From positions 8,364 to 72,363 of the forward strand of contig CBDFFV010000001.1 in the NCBI GenBank assembly GCA_965246885.1: a stretch of 64,000 bases of DNA. Reading direction: 5' to 3'. Made by a program: the position numbers and the translations under genes. The notes under the pieces are model-generated. The model was not told the origin of the DNA. It searched no databases and saw only the letters and a program-made list of their open reading frames with translations. Numbering within the stretch: position 1 is the stretch's first letter; each line of letters opens with the position of its first letter. This document shows, piece after piece, positions 16,811 through 25,254 of this stretch. Source of the DNA: Abditibacterium sp. (GTDB taxonomy: Bacteria; Armatimonadota; Abditibacteriia; Abditibacteriales; Abditibacteriaceae).

Positions 16811-18793
16811 CTATAAACGGCCTCCGAAAATGGCGAGCGGGCCGATGATGTCGGAGAATTTGAGGCCTTGCCCTTTCACCGGGACGTACAGGATGTCGTT
16901 GGGCTGAAGCTGCACGTTTTGCGTTTTGCCGTTTTTGCGCAACAGTTGGTCTAAATTGACCGGGATGATTTGCGAGTTGCCGTTGACGGTGCGCACGATG
17001 GTGGCGTTTTTGAGTCCGGCGGTTTGGGTGGGGCCACCGGCGGCGCTCAGGGCGTTGAGGAGCGACGCGTCGGCGGGGTTTTCGGGAAACGGGTAGTAGT
17101 TGGGCTTTTGGACTTGGCCAAACACGGCGATGCGCAGGGGGTTTATCGGAAGCACGAGTTGATCGCCGGGCGCAAAGCGAAACGCGGCGACGGCGGGGTC
17201 GGGCGTGCCCGCAACGGTCGAGGTCAGGTCGAATTCGATGTGTTGTCCGGCTCGCGCGACGTAGGAGTGACGCAGCGTCGCCAGTTCCAGTGGCCCGCCC
17301 GCTTTGGAAAGCAGGGATAAGACGGTGAGGTCGTCGTCGAGGTCGTAGGGGCCGGGTTTGGCGACTTGACCAATAACCTGCACCTGACCGCGCATGTCGG
17401 GAATGACGATGGTGTCGCCGTCTTGCAATTTGAAACCGGCCACGTCGGGCGTCACTTGGCGGTCAACCAAGGCGGGGCGCAGGTTGATGGGCAGTTGCAC
17501 GCCAGCGCGCAGGACGTAAGCGCGGCTCAGCCCCGCTCCGGCGGTCGGGTTGCCCGCGTCGGCGATGACGGACAAAAGCGTCGAACCGCTTTGCAACGGG
17601 TAGGGGCCGGGCTTGGCGACGGGGCCGATGACGTTGACCGAATGTTCGAGGCGTTTGGGGACATACAAGACGTCGTCACCTTGCAAAACGATGTTGTCGG
17701 GCGCGCGTCCGGCGAGCATTTGGGCGGCGTTGACGGCGATGGCTTGGCTTTTGTTGCCGGTTGCACGGGTGATGGTGGCGTGTTCGAGATCGCCGTCGGC
17801 GAGCGGTCCGCCCGCTTGGGAGAGAGCTTTGAGAACCGTCGCTTCCGCCGGGTTTTCAGGGAGGGGATAGTAGGAGGGGCGGGCGACTTGGCCTTGCACG
17901 CTAAAACGCGCGGTGTTTTCGGGGATGTTCAGAACGTCGCCCGGCTCGAACAGGAAATGTGTGAGGGGCGAATCGGGTGCGGCGTTGCCCTGCGCGGCGG
18001 CGCTCAGGTCGGTCAGGACGGGCTGGCCGTGCCGCAACACCTGCGCGCGGCGTAGCGCGGCAGAATCGAGCGGCCCGCCCGCCCGCGCGAGCAAGCCCAT
18101 GACAGTCAGGCCCTCGTCGAGGTCGTACGCGCCGGGGGTTTTGATGGCGCCCATGACGGTGATTTGCTTGGCGTAGTCGAGGGCGTCGAGTTCGACGACG
18201 TCATCGGGACGAAGCGCGACGTTGGAGCTACTGCCCGGCTCGGCGACGGCGCGGCCCATGTCGAAGGCGATGACGCCGCCCGCGCGAATGACGCGCCCGG
18301 AGATGCGCGTGGCCTTGGTGCTAAGTCCCCCGGCTTGCGCGACCAAATCGAGGACGTGCGCTCCGGGTTGCAAGGGAAACGTGCCGGTCGTTTTGACAGC
18401 GCCGATGATGCGCGCTTGACGGGGGCGGGCTTGCTTGAGCACCACTTGCACGCGGGCGTTGTTGAGCGTGCGCGCCAACAGGCGCTCGATGGTGCGCGCC
18501 AAAGCGGGGACGGACTGGCCGCTCGCCCTGATTTCTCCGGCGCGGGGGAGGGTGATTTTGCCGTCGGGCCGCACCGTCACCGAGGTGTTGAGGTCGGGGT
18601 GGTTGGACACGGAAATGTCCAACACGTCATCGGCGCCCAACAGATACTCGCCGCTCGTCGCGACGCGCGCGGGTTGCTGGGCCGAAGCGCCGGGGAGCTT
18701 GGGCTTGGTGGGGGGGCGGCCCTTGGTCGCGGCGCGGGAAGACGCGCAAAGCAGCAGAGGCAGGGTGATGGCAAGGGCGAAGCGGGAAGTCAT
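16811..18793 (-). CDS. Second polysaccharide export protein (Poly_export plus SLBB repeats)
   Basis: YLLGADDVLDISV, VRPDGKITLP, multiple SLBB repeats, signal peptide. Confidence 0.88.
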   Translation of the reverse strand: MTSRFALAITLPLLLCASSRAATKGRPPTKPKLPGASAQQPARVATSGEYLLGADDVLDISVSNHPDLNTSVTVRPDGKITLPRAGEIRASGQSVPALARTIERLLARTLNNARVQVVLKQARPRQARIIGAVKTTGTFPLQPGAHVLDLVAQAGGLSTKATRISGRVIRAGGVIAFDMGRAVAEPGSSSNVALRPDDVVELDALDYAKQITVMGAIKTPGAYDLDEGLTVMGLLARAGGPLDSAALRRAQVLRHGQPVLTDLSAAAQGNAAPDSPLTHFLFEPGDVLNIPENTARFSVQGQVARPSYYPLPENPAEATVLKALSQAGGPLADGDLEHATITRATGNKSQAIAVNAAQMLAGRAPDNIVLQGDDVLYVPKRLEHSVNVIGPVAKPGPYPLQSGSTLLSVIADAGNPTAGAGLSRAYVLRAGVQLPINLRPALVDRQVTPDVAGFKLQDGDTIVIPDMRGQVQVIGQVAKPGPYDLDDDLTVLSLLSKAGGPLELATLRHSYVARAGQHIEFDLTSTVAGTPDPAVAAFRFAPGDQLVLPINPLRIAVFGQVQKPNYYPFPENPADASLLNALSAAGGPTQTAGLKNATIVRTVNGNSQIIPVNLDQLLRKNGKTQNVQLQPNDILYVPVKGQGLKFSDIIGPLAIFGGRL

Positions 18794-18823
18794 GGGAGTG
18801 AGTCGGGGTGGGTAGAGTTTGGC

Positions 18824-21178
18824 TTACTCGTCGTCGTCTTCGTCCCCGTCGTCGTGGGGGCCAGTTCCGTTGGCGCCCTGCGGGGGGGCGGCGGTGGCGG
18901 TCGGAGAAAAGCGGCGGGCACGGGTCAGGAGTGGCCCGTTGCCGTCTCCTCCTCCGGTAACGTTTGCGGCGGGGAGCGATTCACTTTCGGCGGGCGGGTT
19001 GGTCGGGTCGTCGTCGTAGTAGTAGCCGCCGTAGCCGCCGTAGGCTTTGTTGGTCTGCTGGTCTATCTGGTTAAAGACCATGCCCACGACGCGCGCGTGC
19101 GCTTGGCGCAGCAGTTCAAAGGAGCGCTTGACCGCCGAGCGGGGCACGCGGCCCAGTTGCATGACGTAGATGACGCCGTCCACTTTGGAAGCGAGCACCT
19201 GCGAGTCGGCGGTGGCCAAAAGGGGCGGCGAGTCGAAGATGACGACGTCGGCGCCCTTGCCCAACCTTTGAATCACGGCGTCCATGACGGCGGAGTTGAG
19301 CAGTTCGGCGGGGTTGGGCGGCATGACGCCCGCCGCGATGAGGCGCATGCCGGGCACGCCGACTTCCTGCACGCAGTCGCGCAGTTTGGCGTTGCCCACC
19401 AGAGCGTCGGTCAGGCCGGGAACGCGCGGCACGCCAAAGATTTCGTGCTGGCGGGGGCGGTGCAGGTCGGTGTCCACGAGGATGACCGTCTTGCCCGCCA
19501 AGGCCATTGCGATGGCGAGGTTGGAAGCGATGTAGCTCTTGCCTTCGCCGGGAATGGAACTGGTGACGAGTAGCTTCTGGCCGGGGCTGTTGACGAGGGC
19601 GAACTGCACGTTGGAACGCAGACCCCGAAAGCCTTCGAGCAGGGTCTTGTCGGGGTTTTCCAAGTCGAGGACGGGACGCGCGCCTTTGGCGACGCCGGTC
19701 AGAAGCGGGAAGTAGCCCAAAATCGAGGTGCCCAATAAGCGGCGCGCTTCCTCGGCGTTGCGGATGTGGTCGTCGAGGGATTCTTGCAACAGGGCCGCGC
19801 CCGCGCCCAGCAAGCTCGCCAGCAGAAGGGAAAACAGGAGGTTGCGCACCAAGCTGGGGGCGATTTTGACGGGCGGACTACCCCCTTGCAGGATGACGAC
19901 GGGCGCGCCTGCCGCTTCGAGGGCGGCCTTGCGCGTCGAGAGTTGCATCACGTTCTTGTAGAAGGTGTCGTAGGCGAGCCTGCTGTTGTCGAGGTCGCGC
20001 GATAAGCGGGCTTCTTGGCGGGCGATGCCGGGAAAGCGGGAAAGCGTTGCGCTTTGCGCGGCGAGTTGGCGGCGCAGGGGCGTTTGGGAATCGCGCGCGG
20101 CTTGTAAGGCGGCGCGGGCGTCGCGGATTTTCTCATCGAGCGAGGAGACGGCGGGGTTGGGCGCGCGGCTGGAGTTGGTGATGGTCGCGGGCGTATTGGC
20201 CAAGCGTTGCCGCAAGCTGCTGATTTGCAAGTCCACCTTTTTGATCTCGTCGTCGTTGGGCTTGTAGAGAAACAGCTTTTGCTGGCGCTCTTGGCCCAAG
20301 GAAGCGATTTGGTCTTTGAGGGCTTGGACTTGCGGGTTGGTGGTGGTGACGGGGGTATCGGTGAAGTTGCCCAGTTGCCGCCGTTCGGTTTGCAGGGCGG
20401 CGACTTGGGCGGTGAGGCGTGCGGCCTCTTGCTGGGCAGCAGCGAGGCCGGTGCGCGTTTGGGCGATTTGGGCGATGGCGGACGAGGTTTCGTCGCTCGT
20501 GTTGGCCACGCGCGCGCGCGTGCGGAAGTTGGCGAGGGCGCGCTCGGTCGCTTGCAGCTTGGCGTTTTGGCGGGCGAGGGTCTTTTGCGCGAAGTCGAGA
20601 GAGGCGGTCACTTCGCGCAGACGGTCGGAGCGGGATTGGTCTTTATAAACCTTGGGCAGAATGTCTATAAAGCGCGCCAGCCCCTCGCGCGACGTGGAGA
20701 TGGCGACCAGTTCGATGACATCGGTGCGCTCGACGCGCTGGACGTCCAAATTCACGGCGGTGGGCGGGACGCCCGCTTCTTTGACAACGCGGTCAAGCAC
20801 CATCGGCGAACGCAAAATTTCGACTTGGGTATCCACATCGCGACCCGATTTGGGCGCGAAGACGCTGGATAGAGGATCGTCGCCGGTGCTCAGGTTGATG
20901 GTGTTGGATTTCCCTTCGACCAGCAAGCGAGCGCCGGTACGGTAAACGGGCTTGGTAATGAGCGTAATGGCGAGGCCCAGCGCCATGACTAACACGAACA
21001 CGCTGAGCGCGATTTGCGCGCGGCGGCGCAAGACCTCGAAGAAGTCGCGTAGCGTCATGGTGGGCGCGGCGGGAGCGCCGTCCTCGACGGAAGGGGCGGA
21101 AGTCGGATAACGTCCGGCGCCGTTGGGGTCGGGGGGAGGCGCGGGCACAAGTTCGCCGTGATGAAGGGTGGAAGGCAT
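18824..21178 (-). CDS. Wzc-like polysaccharide co-polymerase / tyrosine autokinase
   Basis: TM-coiled coil-TM; PGEGKS, LVDTDLHRP, IFDSPP; C-terminal YGGYGGYYY cluster. Confidence 0.9.
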   Translation of the reverse strand: MPSTLHHGELVPAPPPDPNGAGRYPTSAPSVEDGAPAAPTMTLRDFFEVLRRRAQIALSVFVLVMALGLAITLITKPVYRTGARLLVEGKSNTINLSTGDDPLSSVFAPKSGRDVDTQVEILRSPMVLDRVVKEAGVPPTAVNLDVQRVERTDVIELVAISTSREGLARFIDILPKVYKDQSRSDRLREVTASLDFAQKTLARQNAKLQATERALANFRTRARVANTSDETSSAIAQIAQTRTGLAAAQQEAARLTAQVAALQTERRQLGNFTDTPVTTTNPQVQALKDQIASLGQERQQKLFLYKPNDDEIKKVDLQISSLRQRLANTPATITNSSRAPNPAVSSLDEKIRDARAALQAARDSQTPLRRQLAAQSATLSRFPGIARQEARLSRDLDNSRLAYDTFYKNVMQLSTRKAALEAAGAPVVILQGGSPPVKIAPSLVRNLLFSLLLASLLGAGAALLQESLDDHIRNAEEARRLLGTSILGYFPLLTGVAKGARPVLDLENPDKTLLEGFRGLRSNVQFALVNSPGQKLLVTSSIPGEGKSYIASNLAIAMALAGKTVILVDTDLHRPRQHEIFGVPRVPGLTDALVGNAKLRDCVQEVGVPGMRLIAAGVMPPNPAELLNSAVMDAVIQRLGKGADVVIFDSPPLLATADSQVLASKVDGVIYVMQLGRVPRSAVKRSFELLRQAHARVVGMVFNQIDQQTNKAYGGYGGYYYDDDPTNPPAESESLPAANVTGGGDGNGPLLTRARRFSPTATAAPPQGANGTGPHDDGDEDDDE

Positions 21179-21282
21179 TGGAAATGGCTGCGAAAAGAAG
21201 GCGTTGACGCGCGGAGCAGCGCACGAAAGCGCTACACCTCACTTCCAGTCTGCCTTTTTCTTGCAAAACGCGCCCTGACGGG

Positions 21283-21377
21283 ATTAACACTTAACTTAGA
21301 TAACGGGAAAGGACTGGTCGCGGGCAGCCACCAGCCGCCCCCGACGGCATTAACACTTAACTTAGATAAAGGGAAAG
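21283..21377. repeat. AT-rich 29-bp direct repeat x2, 66-bp period
   Basis: ATTAACACTTAACTTAGATAA(C/A)GGGAAAG at 21283 and 21349. Confidence 0.9.
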
Positions 21378-21424
21378 CCCCCAAGTGTCAGTGACCCCCC
21401 GAAGCTGCGCCCGGCCCCCGTGCT

Positions 21425-23731
21425 TTACGGGGCCAAGGCGTGCGCGCTCACCAATTCGTGCGACGGCACGAGCAGGGTGCCGACCCTTTTTCCGCCTTGG
21501 AAGACCCCGGCGCGAACGGGAGCGTCGGTGGGGTTAAAGGCGATGAAGGTCTTCTGGCCCGTCGCGGCGTTGACATACGCCCGCGAAAGGGGCAGGCTGA
21601 AGGAGTAGTCCCACGCGATGGCGCCCAGAGAGAGGTTGGCGTGCGCGAAGTAATACGTCAGGCCGGGAGTGTCGTTGTCGTGCGCGGTGGCGCTGTTCTT
21701 GGCCCACAACTCGTCCATCTGCTGCGCGGCAAAAGCGGGGTTGACCTGCGCGGCTTGCCCCAACAGGACGTTACCCAGCGCGGGGCCGACCTTGTCGAAA
21801 TCTATCTCGCCGTCCTTGGACGCCTTGCGCGCGGCCCACATCGCGCTGAAGCTCTTTTTGGCAAAAGCGGGGTCTTCCACTAAATACGCCAGCCCCGGCG
21901 ACATGGGGCACCACTGGATGCCCCATATCCAAGCGGGGTCACCCGAAAAGTAGGTGCCATAGTTGTTGCCGCCGCTCCACACCATGCCCACCACCTCGTG
22001 CTTCCAGTTGGGCGGCCAGTTGTCGCCGTGCTCGTTGAACCAGTACTCTTGCACGGCGCGGCTTTCGAGGGCGTAGCCCATCGCGCCCGCCGCCGTCATT
22101 TCCTTGTCGCCCAAGGCTTCGCCCAGCAGGAACAGGCCCTCCCAGCTTTGCACGGCTTCGGACGAGGACTCCTGATTGTTGCCCGTGCCACCCGAAAAGC
22201 CGCCCGCCCACGAGTGCCCTTCCCACACGTCGAAGGTGCGCAGAAAGGGAAAGTCGGCGTCATTCCTGTCCCAGTTGGCGTACTCTTTGGCGACCAAGCG
22301 CGCCATCGGGCCGTAGTCCCGCAGCCATGCGGGGTCGGAGAAGCCCAACAGCGCGCTGGCGAGGGTGAAGTAGCCGTAGTGGAAGTGCTGGTCGTTGAAC
22401 CCTTCCGAGCCGTAGCTGGTGTTAAAGCCGATCAAGCCGCCCCATTTGGGATAGCGCGCGAACAAGTGCGCTTTTTCGCCGGGGGTAAAGGTGAACCAGT
22501 CGGTGAGGGCGGTTTTGAGCGAGTCGTGCAGCTTCGCTTCGCTGGGGTCGCGGAGGGCGTGCGCAATGTCCATATATTGCGCCCACTGCGTCAGGTGCTT
22601 GGCGCCCCAGTAGGTATCGTCGCCGTATTGCGTGCGGGTCGCGTAGCGGGCGAGGTAGTCGCGCATGCGCGCCGCGTCGAAGCTCTTATCGGTTGGGGCG
22701 GGCAAAGAAGGCGGGAAGCCCTTGAAGGGATAGGTGATGGAAAAGTCCGTCCCGACCGCGCACTTCATCGTCCCGCGCGGCGTCAGATACTCTGGGCCTG
22801 TCAGCGCGAGGTCGTTCTCCGTGCCGCGCCAGTGATGCGAAAGCCAGCCTTGAATCAGGCGCTTTTCCGTGCCTTGCAGGGGTTGCGTTTCCAGATGCCA
22901 GTGCGTCACCACGCGGGCGCGCGCGCTCTGATACTCCCACGACAAGCGGCTGTCGCGCGGAACCGCAAACGCGAAGCGGTGAAACAAGGCGAAGTCGCTC
23001 GTCTTGGCGAGGGGGCAGACCGTCAAAAACCCCTTGCCGCCCGTAAAGGTGGCGGATACCTTGTCCCCGTCGCGCGTCCACCGGGTGTTCGCGGGAGCGA
23101 ACACCCCATACGAGCGCCCGCCATAGGTCAGTCCGAAGCCGTCTCCCGTCGCGGGCAAGTCGGCTTTGTCGCCGCCCGCGCCGAAAAAGGTGGCGTCTTT
23201 ATCTATTTGCAGCGTGGGAGAGATGCCCTTGGCTTCTATCCACACATACGGCAAGCCGCGCCCAAGCGTGACGTCGAAGTATTTGTTCGCGCTTTCGCCC
23301 AGACGGAAGGAAACCAGCCAATCGCTCCACGATTTGGCGCGGGTGTCAACGGGCTTGAAGCCGTCCCCGCCGACTTTGAGCGGGTTTTCGGAAACGGGGT
23401 CGCTGCCCGACTCGTTCCAGCGCGTGGGAAAGGTGATCTCCAAGCCGTCCGGCGTCGCTTTGGTTTGTTGCGGAAACGACCATAGCTGCCCCACGTAGCG
23501 GTCAACGAGCAGGTTCGTCCACCACTTGTTGGTCGGGATCGGCTTGCCCGCCGCTTCGGGTAACAGTTGTAACGGTTTATCCAGCGTGGCGCGCGCTTGT
23601 GCCGCGACTTCGGGCGGCGGAAAAGACGCATACGAGCCTTTGTCTACGCTCACGACTGCGGGGGTGCCTTGGGCATGGGCGGCGGCGGACAGCAAAAGGG
23701 TTCCGAGGAGGGAGAATGTGAGGAGCTTCAT
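21425..23731 (-). CDS. GH81 endo-beta-1,3-glucanase, secreted
   Basis: PTNKWW, FNDQHFHYGYF, GHSWAGG, NNQESSSEA motifs; signal peptide AAAHA-Q. Confidence 0.88.
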   Translation of the reverse strand: MKLLTFSLLGTLLLSAAAHAQGTPAVVSVDKGSYASFPPPEVAAQARATLDKPLQLLPEAAGKPIPTNKWWTNLLVDRYVGQLWSFPQQTKATPDGLEITFPTRWNESGSDPVSENPLKVGGDGFKPVDTRAKSWSDWLVSFRLGESANKYFDVTLGRGLPYVWIEAKGISPTLQIDKDATFFGAGGDKADLPATGDGFGLTYGGRSYGVFAPANTRWTRDGDKVSATFTGGKGFLTVCPLAKTSDFALFHRFAFAVPRDSRLSWEYQSARARVVTHWHLETQPLQGTEKRLIQGWLSHHWRGTENDLALTGPEYLTPRGTMKCAVGTDFSITYPFKGFPPSLPAPTDKSFDAARMRDYLARYATRTQYGDDTYWGAKHLTQWAQYMDIAHALRDPSEAKLHDSLKTALTDWFTFTPGEKAHLFARYPKWGGLIGFNTSYGSEGFNDQHFHYGYFTLASALLGFSDPAWLRDYGPMARLVAKEYANWDRNDADFPFLRTFDVWEGHSWAGGFSGGTGNNQESSSEAVQSWEGLFLLGEALGDKEMTAAGAMGYALESRAVQEYWFNEHGDNWPPNWKHEVVGMVWSGGNNYGTYFSGDPAWIWGIQWCPMSPGLAYLVEDPAFAKKSFSAMWAARKASKDGEIDFDKVGPALGNVLLGQAAQVNPAFAAQQMDELWAKNSATAHDNDTPGLTYYFAHANLSLGAIAWDYSFSLPLSRAYVNAATGQKTFIAFNPTDAPVRAGVFQGGKRVGTLLVPSHELVSAHALAP

Positions 23732-23753
23732 GGGCAGGGTGCTTCTTTGAATC

Positions 23754-23859
23754 AAGCGACTAAAGTCGCAGCCCGCAGGGTCGTCGGCCTTCGCCGACGG
23801 GGTGCCAGTTCACCTTCGGCAAAGGCCGACGACCCTGCGGGCTGCGACTTTAGTCGCTT
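23754..23859. repeat. Long inverted repeat (38-bp perfect arms), REPIN/MITE-like
   Basis: 23754-23791 is the reverse complement of 23822-23859; each arm contains the short palindrome GCGACTAAAGTCGC. Confidence 0.85.
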
Positions 23860-23866
23860 ACTTATC

Positions 23867-24859
23867 TCAAACCGTATCCCCGTCCAAGACGGTGACGGGC
23901 AAGCGAATTTCTTCGACTTCGGGCGGGGTTTGGCCGGATGCGCGGTTTTCGATAAGGGCGACCAATTTGGCGAGAGCGGCGGTCGCCACATCTTCCCAAG
24001 GCGACTTCGCCGTGACCAAGCGGCGCGCGGGCAGTTGGTCGCGGTCGAACCCATCGAACCCGGTGACGGCTATCTCTTCCGGCACGCGCACGCTCGCCGC
24101 CAAGCACGCGCGCAAGAGGTTGTAGGCGGCGCGGTCGTTCCAACACAAGACCGCGACGGGCGATAGGTCGCGCAGCTGCGGGAGGGCGGGCGCGGCCTCC
24201 TCGAAGTCAATGGGAATGACACGCCGCTCCGACGGTGAGACGCCGCGCCGCGCCAGTTCCGTCTCGAAAGCGGCGCGGCGCCGCTCGATGGACAAGAGCT
24301 TCACGCGCGGCGTCAAAAACGCGAAACGGCGGTGGCCGCGCGCCCACAAGAGTTCGACCAGTTGCGCGATTCCGCCCTCGTCGTCGCACGTTACGGCGGG
24401 GAAATAGGGAAGCGCATCGGCGACCGACACCACCGGCAAGGAGGAGCGCCCCAGTATCTCGACGAGCGGGTCGTCGGCTCCGGCGTGCAATATCAGCCCG
24501 TCAATGCGCCCATCGCGCAGCTTGCCAAACATCGTCTCGGCGGAGGAGCCATACGAGTTGTGCAGCATCAAGTCCAGCCCATACGCGCCGCACGCGCACT
24601 GCAAGGCGCCCACAACCGTGCCCAGAAAAGCGTTGCGCACATCGTAGTTGTGGTTGGTATGCACTCCGATGATGCCCGTGCGCCCGTGCCGAAGCGAGCG
24701 GGCAACGGCGTTGGGTTGATACCCCAAGCGTTGCGCCGTTTCCAACACGCGCTGGCGCGTCGCGGCGGACGCGCGGTGCCGCGCATCGCCGTTCAAGATG
24801 CGAGACACCGTTGGCTGCGACAAGTTCAACTCTCGCGCGATGTCTTTGGCAGTGAGCAT
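23867..24859 (-). CDS. LacI-family transcriptional regulator
   Basis: MLTAKDIARELNLSQPTVSRILN HTH, LGYQPNAVARSL, VTGFDG. A TATAAT at 24914-24909 favours the 24859 start over the track's repeat-derived extension. Confidence 0.9.
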   Translation of the reverse strand: MLTAKDIARELNLSQPTVSRILNGDARHRASAATRQRVLETAQRLGYQPNAVARSLRHGRTGIIGVHTNHNYDVRNAFLGTVVGALQCACGAYGLDLMLHNSYGSSAETMFGKLRDGRIDGLILHAGADDPLVEILGRSSLPVVSVADALPYFPAVTCDDEGGIAQLVELLWARGHRRFAFLTPRVKLLSIERRRAAFETELARRGVSPSERRVIPIDFEEAAPALPQLRDLSPVAVLCWNDRAAYNLLRACLAASVRVPEEIAVTGFDGFDRDQLPARRLVTAKSPWEDVATAALAKLVALIENRASGQTPPEVEEIRLPVTVLDGDTV

Positions 24860-24941
24860 CCCAAGGCACCCCGATCCGCAGGCGCGTTCCTTCGTTGTGG
24901 TTCCAATCATTATACCTTCCTTCCCGCGCCCGCTCGGTGCG

Positions 24942-25138
24942 CCGTCCGCCCTTGCGGGCCAACCGTCCGCCCTTGCGGGCCAACCGTCCGCCCTTGCGGG
25001 CCAACCGTCCGCCCTTGCGGGCCAACCGTCCGCCCTTGCGGGCCAACCGTCCGCCCTTGCGGGCCAACCGTCCGCCCTTGCGGGCCAACCGTCCGCCCTT
25101 GCGGGCCAACCGTCCGCCCTTGCGAGCCAACCGTCCGC
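24942..25138. repeat. 21-bp near-perfect tandem repeat x9.4
   Basis: CCGTCCGCCCTTGCGGGCCAA x9 (one substitution in unit 9); continues as degenerate 21-nt units to about 25250. Confidence 0.95.
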
Positions 25139-25254
25139 GCGCGTCATTCTTCCATCGGCGCGCCTCTTTCTGCGGAAGAATTGCGTGATTCCGTCGTCGT
25201 CCCACCTAATTCTTCCATCGGCGCGCCCCTTTCAACGGCTCCCGCGCGCGCGTC

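Noticed and set aside
21283..21377. CRISPR call for the 29-bp repeat with a 37-bp spacer
   Set aside because: Only two repeats, similarity extends into the flanks, and no cas genes; kept as an unexplained repeat.
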